Assembly: GCA_965216315.1 (NCBI GenBank) | Contig: CBDCFN010000016.1 | Coordinates: 2,240,001-2,304,000, forward strand | Length of the DNA stretch: 64,000 nucleotides | From: a bacterium | Lineage (GTDB): Bacteria > UBA10199 > 2-02-FULL-50-16 > JAJFLM01 | Direction of reading: 5' to 3' | Notes under the pieces: generated by a model | What the model saw: the letters and a program-made list of their open reading frames with translations, nothing else | Database searches by the model: none | Told to the model about the DNA's origin: nothing | In this document: piece after piece, positions 59,397 through 64,000 of the stretch | How positions within the stretch are numbered: the first letter of the stretch is position 1 | How the letters are laid out: each line of letters starts with the position of its first letter | Position numbers and translations under genes: made by a program

Positions 59397-59459
59397 GTGG
59401 ACCTAGGTACACTGAGAATTATTTCAGGTACACAACAACGCCTCCACTCAAACCGATAA
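59397..59459 (+). promoter_or_regulatory. GTGGAC-CTAG-GTACAC (59397-59412) 20 bp upstream of promoter CAAC-N16-CCGATAA (59433-59459)
   Basis: Motif pair; extra GTACAC half-site at 59428. Confidence 0.72.
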
Positions 59460-59525
59460 AACCCAACGTAGTCATTTATAAAAACTAACAGAGAGTCATC
59501 AAATACTCATCGTTAAGGAGATCTC

Positions 59526-59939
59526 ATGAAACCGCGTATCGTATCTAAAGAACAGTTTAATAATATGACCAGCAAAGAGGTCTGCGGTGACGCCTGGACC
59601 GGACCTCAAGTCGAAGACAAAGGCAAAATAGGCACGCTTGAGCTGACGGACGGTCAGGTTGTTCATCCTATTTGTGGCATGCAAACCTCACCTGCCGGAC
59701 CCGACGGCGAGCTGATCAGCATTGACCGTACTTGGTACGATGGAAACAGCGGACATTTATCTAATGTTCGTTGGTACTTTAGCGCTAACCCTACTTACAA
59801 TTCCTTTTCGAATGAATCGCCGCTGACGCGTTTAAAAGATGTCCTTCAAGCCAATCCGAACATCACTAATGTGTCTTCGAACCTGTGGAAATACATTACA
59901 CAGCAGGAGATCATCTGGAACAACATGTCCGAATGTTAA
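59526..59939 (+). CDS. Hypothetical protein, no signal peptide
   Basis: TAAGGAG Shine-Dalgarno; promoter upstream. Confidence 0.7.
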   Translation: MKPRIVSKEQFNNMTSKEVCGDAWTGPQVEDKGKIGTLELTDGQVVHPICGMQTSPAGPDGELISIDRTWYDGNSGHLSNVRWYFSANPTYNSFSNESPLTRLKDVLQANPNITNVSSNLWKYITQQEIIWNNMSEC

Positions 59940-59953
59940 AGAGAGGATCCACG

Positions 59954-60262
59954 TCACGACTCTGGTCTGTCATCGCGCTTTTGCCATTCGCTAAAGGCCT
60001 GAGGATTCGTTGCTAAATCAAGAGCCGATATCTTCTTTGAGTGCCCCCGTGTAGCTTTAGCGTAGCCCATCACAAAACCGATAAGCCCTATCGGCACCGC
60101 GGCTATACCGCCCCAAACAACGGGCATGACGCACAGACCTGCAACATACGATGTCCCCGAATCGGCAGCACAAACAATCACACTAAAGAGCGCACCGAGC
60201 GCCACACAAATTCCTGCGGCACCGAAACCCCAAACTATGGCCCTTAAAAAGCGTTGTTTCAT
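59954..60262 (-). CDS. Small two-TM membrane protein
   Basis: GGAG Shine-Dalgarno; two hydrophobic segments. Confidence 0.6.
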   Translation of the reverse strand: MKQRFLRAIVWGFGAAGICVALGALFSVIVCAADSGTSYVAGLCVMPVVWGGIAAVPIGLIGFVMGYAKATRGHSKKISALDLATNPQAFSEWQKRDDRPES

Positions 60263-60443
60263 TATCGCGTAAATCTACTCCGGCCCGTCATTTTATTCCA
60301 GTTTCCTTACACCTCAGGCATTCGCGTTACTCGAATGTACTACTATCCAGTCGAATTGATCCTTAAAAAATAAGGACTGAGACTTGTCACATAAGCAACA
60401 ATTACTTCTTGTCGTGAGTTTATTCCTTATATAGAGTCCCCCA

Positions 60444-62696
60444 ATGCTGCGTCGTCTGACCCCGGCCATAGTTATCGCATTGATCATTGGAGCGGTCTAT
60501 CTGCTGTATCTCCACCATCAAATCATCTCCAAGTTTGAGTACCATCGGTGGAATTTGCCCTCACGGGTCTATTCGGATGCTTTCCCACTCTATCCGGGAC
60601 GGCAGGTCCCGGCCTCGGCCATCCATCAGCGACTCCGCCATTTAGGTTATATTTCCGTCGGCTCGCAACCACGTCACCACGGCCAGTACCATTACGCCGG
60701 TGGGCAGTTTGCAATTTATCTCCACAGCTTCGACTACCCCGAAGACAAGTTTGAAGGATATCCCATCTCATTCAGCGTTGGCGATGGTGTCGTTCAAGAC
60801 CTGATCCGACGGGATACCGGCGAGCCACTCTCCCTGACCCGACTCGAACCGGAGTTGGTTGCCTCGATCTTTGACCAGGAGATGGAAGACCGAACCGTCG
60901 TCAAACTCGAACAAGTCCCGGATGACCTGATTGAATCCATTATCGCGATCGAAGACGAACGCTACTATTCGCACTTTGGGGTGGATCCCATCGGCATTGC
61001 CCGCGCCTTTGTCTCCAATATCACTAAGGGCGGTATTGTTCAGGGCGGTTCAACCCTGACCCAACAACTCGTAAAGAATATTTTTCTTTATCCAAAAAAA
61101 TCCTTCGTCCGTAAATTCAACGAAATGATCATGGCCCTGATGATGGAGATTCGCTACAGCAAAGATGAAATCCTGCAGGCCTATCTCAACGAAATTTACC
61201 TAGGACAACAGGGGGCGGCCAGCATCTCCGGCGTTGCCGAAGCGTCACGCTACTATTTCTCCAAAGAGGTCAGTCAGCTCAGCGTGGCCGAATGTGCCCT
61301 GCTTGCCGGCATGATCCGCTCTCCCGGCTATTACTCGCCCTTCAATAATCCGAAACGGGCACGCGACCGCCGCAACTTCGTTTTAAAACGCCTCCATGAT
61401 AAGAAACTGATCCTCGCCCAAGAGTACAAACAGGCGCGTCAAGTGCCGTTGCCCAAGAAACGTAAGCGCGACAAGCTAAGTAATGCCCCTTTCTTTGTCG
61501 ATTTTGTCCAAAAACAGCTCAAAGAAAATTTTCCGGCCGACAAACTTCGTTCGGAAGGCCTGAGAATCTTCACAACCTTAGACATGAGCATGCAGCGAGC
61601 GGCGGAAAAGTCGGTCTCTGATTGGCTCAACCGCCTGGAAAAAGATTATGCCTATCTCAAAAAGAAAGCCAAAGAAGGGAAGCACTTGGAATCCGCGCTC
61701 ATCGCCGTGCAACCACAAACAGGCTATGTCAGGGCCTATGTCGGCGGCCGTGACTACACCAAAGTGCAATTCGACCACATCAGTGATGCGCGCCGCCAAC
61801 CCGGCTCCGCCTTCAAACCCTTTGTCTTCCTCACGGCCTTAGATCCGTCACGCCGGGATCCACCCTTCACCTTATCTTCTCTCATTGACGATGATCCGTT
61901 TCATGTGAAGGCGGGCGGCAAGCGTTGGTCACCGAAGAACTATGACAAAAAAAACCACGGCAAAGTCCGCCTCCGGACGGCACTCGAAAAAAGTCTCAAC
62001 GTTGCCACTTCGCGATTAGCCTTAGAGGTCGGACTGGAACACGTGGTCTACACGGCACGTGAAGCGGGCATCACCAGCAAACTGGAAGCCTATCCGTCGC
62101 TCGCGTTGGGTTCCTTTGAAGTCACTCCTTTGGAACTCGTTGCCGCCTACACAATCTTTCCGAATCAGGGAGTCCGCACCCGCCCCGTCGCCATCCGCCA
62201 GGTTGTCACTAAGGAGGGCGAGGTCTTGGAGAAGAAAGACTTTCAGATGAAGCGGATTTTTTCGGAAGACGTTATCTATTTAATGAACCGATTGCTCGCC
62301 GGCGTCGTCGATCGAGGCACGGCGACACGCGCACGCAGCATGGGTCTTACCGGCATTGCGGCAGGCAAAACGGGAACGACGACGGACTATCGAGACGCCT
62401 GGTTTGTGGGCTATACACCGGACTTGCTGGCCCTCTCCTGGGTTGGCTATGATGATAATGCCAAGACCCAACGTTCCGGCTCTAGCGGCGCCCTGCCTAT
62501 TTGGACCAATTTCATGAAGCAGGCGACAAGGGGCCGTCAGTACAAAGATTTTATCGCGACTCCGAAGATAATCGTCGTTGATGTTGACAAACAGACCGGG
62601 CTCTTGTCCAAAAGAAGCTGTGGACCAAGTTATGAAGAGTATTTCATCGAAAAGACCGAACCGACGCGCTTCTGCGACGAGCCGGACCTCCCCTAA
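60444..62696 (+). CDS. mrcB: Class A penicillin-binding protein, PBP1B-like
   Basis: UB2H-like region, EDERYY.H.G, GGSTLTQQLVKN, RK..E, QPGSAFKP, SLN, GKTGT. Confidence 0.9.
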   Translation: MLRRLTPAIVIALIIGAVYLLYLHHQIISKFEYHRWNLPSRVYSDAFPLYPGRQVPASAIHQRLRHLGYISVGSQPRHHGQYHYAGGQFAIYLHSFDYPEDKFEGYPISFSVGDGVVQDLIRRDTGEPLSLTRLEPELVASIFDQEMEDRTVVKLEQVPDDLIESIIAIEDERYYSHFGVDPIGIARAFVSNITKGGIVQGGSTLTQQLVKNIFLYPKKSFVRKFNEMIMALMMEIRYSKDEILQAYLNEIYLGQQGAASISGVAEASRYYFSKEVSQLSVAECALLAGMIRSPGYYSPFNNPKRARDRRNFVLKRLHDKKLILAQEYKQARQVPLPKKRKRDKLSNAPFFVDFVQKQLKENFPADKLRSEGLRIFTTLDMSMQRAAEKSVSDWLNRLEKDYAYLKKKAKEGKHLESALIAVQPQTGYVRAYVGGRDYTKVQFDHISDARRQPGSAFKPFVFLTALDPSRRDPPFTLSSLIDDDPFHVKAGGKRWSPKNYDKKNHGKVRLRTALEKSLNVATSRLALEVGLEHVVYTAREAGITSKLEAYPSLALGSFEVTPLELVAAYTIFPNQGVRTRPVAIRQVVTKEGEVLEKKDFQMKRIFSEDVIYLMNRLLAGVVDRGTATRARSMGLTGIAAGKTGTTTDYRDAWFVGYTPDLLALSWVGYDDNAKTQRSGSSGALPIWTNFMKQATRGRQYKDFIATPKIIVVDVDKQTGLLSKRSCGPSYEEYFIEKTEPTRFCDEPDLP

Positions 62697-62717
62697 CCCC
62701 TCCTTGGTAAGGAGGGG
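62686..62717. repeat. REP-like element overlapping the PBP1B stop codon
   Basis: ACCTCCCCTAA-CCCCTCCTT-GGT-AAGGAGGGG, near-identical to the reverse complement of 15711-15744. Confidence 0.8.
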
Positions 62718-63126
62718 AAGTCTCTGCATCTTGTTGGTTGCGTTGTGTTTGACCTTTACCGCATGTCCCAAGCGGCCAACAACGCGTCCTCCCCGACCTG
62801 AGGTCGAACATCGCCGCCCCGAGGTCATTCGCCCCAACGGACAAGACTCGCCGGAACAAAAGGCCGCCGATCAACTGATCGTCGCGGGGATTGCCGCGCT
62901 CAAAGACGATGACGCGGAAAAAGCTGCAACTCATTTCGAGCAGGCCGTTCGCATCGCTTCCTCTTACGGTCCCGCCTACTATTGGCTGGCACGTGCCAAG
63001 TATGACCTCGACCAACTCACGCGCGCCTGGGATTTGCTCGACCGCGCGGAATTATTGATCGGCCATGAGAGCCGCTGGCTCGAGCGCATCGACCAGCTCC
63101 GCGCCGCAATTTCCGACGCACGGTAG
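62704..63126 (+). CDS. TPR lipoprotein downstream of PBP1B (LpoP-like activator candidate); start uncertain
   Basis: FTAC lipobox, Pro-rich linker, TPR A...FE.AVRI......YYWLA. Confidence 0.75.
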   Translation: MVRRGSLCILLVALCLTFTACPKRPTTRPPRPEVEHRRPEVIRPNGQDSPEQKAADQLIVAGIAALKDDDAEKAATHFEQAVRIASSYGPAYYWLARAKYDLDQLTRAWDLLDRAELLIGHESRWLERIDQLRAAISDAR

Positions 63127-63172
63127 CCCCTTTCCCCGCGCCCCAATAGCGAGTATAATGAAGCCATTCGAC

Positions 63173-63667
63173 ATGGCGACACGGAAGCAGGCAGCAGCGG
63201 ACCCGAAGAAAAAGCCGGCCAAAAAGCGCGTCAAAAAAAAGCACGTCGTCGACTCAGTCAGATTCTCTAAACAATTAAAGTGGTTGGAGCCTTATCTGCG
63301 CCGGGCCAAGGACAAGATGCCCAGCCTGGAGCTGCCCCGCTACGTCCGTCCGTTCAAACCTTCAAAAAACAAGATCTTGAGGACGCTGGGCAATGCCTTC
63401 TTTGAAACCAAGACGATTTCACTCGCGACCCACGATCAGCTGCTCCAAAAGCAACCGGACAATACGTATCTGGTCTATCGCATCGTCAAACTGCATCGAA
63501 AACGCATCTTGGAAACCTTTGCGCACGAACTCGCCCACTTCCGCTATCCGGATCACAACTACGAACAGGAAGAGTATACCAAGTCGATTTTTAAGGCCTT
63601 CGAGATGAAAGAGACCTGCCCCACCTGCAAGGGCACGGGTAAGGTGCATGCCCTCTGTGAAAGCTAA
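63173..63667 (+). CDS. HExxH zinc-metallopeptidase-like protein with C-terminal CxxCxGxG motif
   Basis: AHELAH...H; CPTCKGTG; start 63158 or 63173. Confidence 0.7.
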   Translation: MATRKQAAADPKKKPAKKRVKKKHVVDSVRFSKQLKWLEPYLRRAKDKMPSLELPRYVRPFKPSKNKILRTLGNAFFETKTISLATHDQLLQKQPDNTYLVYRIVKLHRKRILETFAHELAHFRYPDHNYEQEEYTKSIFKAFEMKETCPTCKGTGKVHALCES

Positions 63668-63686
63668 ACCGACCTCACAGGGATGA

Positions 63687-63714
63687 GTAGCGGTTCAATG
63701 AATTGAACCGCTAC
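63687..63714. repeat. GTAG-type REP-like hairpin between convergent genes
   Basis: GTAGCGGTTCAA-TGAA-TTGAACCGCTAC, within a longer imperfect stem 63673-63730. Confidence 0.7.
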
Positions 63715-63747
63715 CAACCCTGGAATGAGGAGGTCTCACCCTAGCTC

Positions 63748-63999
63748 TTAGTGAACCGGAGACTGCGTGAGGTGTTCACGGATCTGTGCAAGCGCATCCG
63801 GGTTATCACGGAAGTACGCCTGGGCCAACGACTGGGCATCCCGGCTACCGCCGACGTAAATATCCCGCGTCGCAATGGGCGCCACCGGTACGGCTGGTTC
63901 ATCCGGCGGATTTCCCGTCACGACGACGGGGGTCCGAACGGGCCCGCCTGCATTGGCAAGGGGCATGGCTCCGGCGGGTCGGCGGTTAGCAAAGTTTGC
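63748..63999 (-). CDS. Probable C-terminal end of a gene entering from the right edge
   Basis: Frame open from the window edge to the stop at 63748. Confidence 0.45.
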   Translation of the reverse strand, partial: ANFANRRPAGAMPLANAGGPVRTPVVVTGNPPDEPAVPVAPIATRDIYVGGSRDAQSLAQAYFRDNPDALAQIREHLTQSPVH

Positions 64000-64000
64000 C

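Noticed and set aside
1..64000. tRNA/rRNA genes, transposases, integrases, prophage
   Set aside because: None recognised by eye; a tRNAscan/Infernal run would be needed to exclude small RNAs.

Overview
Bacterial chromosomal window. Gene content (pilD/HTH/aro block, TIGR02147 paralogues, cysteine-rich surface proteins, GGC-type C-terminal tails) suggests a deltaproteobacterial-type lineage near Myxococcota/Bdellovibrionota; this is inference only. The left end holds housekeeping genes (aspS, hisS, aroQ/B/K/C, pilD, gatCA) and the right end an ABC-2 transporter, a YyaL-type protein and PBP1B. The ~20-60 kb accessory region holds five TIGR02147/DUF4423-like HTH proteins, five paralogous lipoproteins carrying 1-3 copies of a G[GA][ST][ED]xGNP-type peptide, and a 12.5 kb array of secreted Cys-repeat proteins ending in a short GGCSL tail. 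The most notable signal is a candidate regulatory circuit readable from the DNA. (i) About 13 copies of a sigma28-like promoter, (C/A)AAC-N15/16-(C)CGATAA. (ii) Nine 16-bp GTnnAC-N4-GTnnAC palindromes, all 19-20 or 29-30 bp upstream of those -35 boxes, in two locally clustered variants. (iii) A duplicated 27-nt motif plus terminator that looks like an sRNA complementary to start-codon regions, including that of the adjacent TIGR02147 gene. All family names come from motif recognition by eye; no database searches were run.
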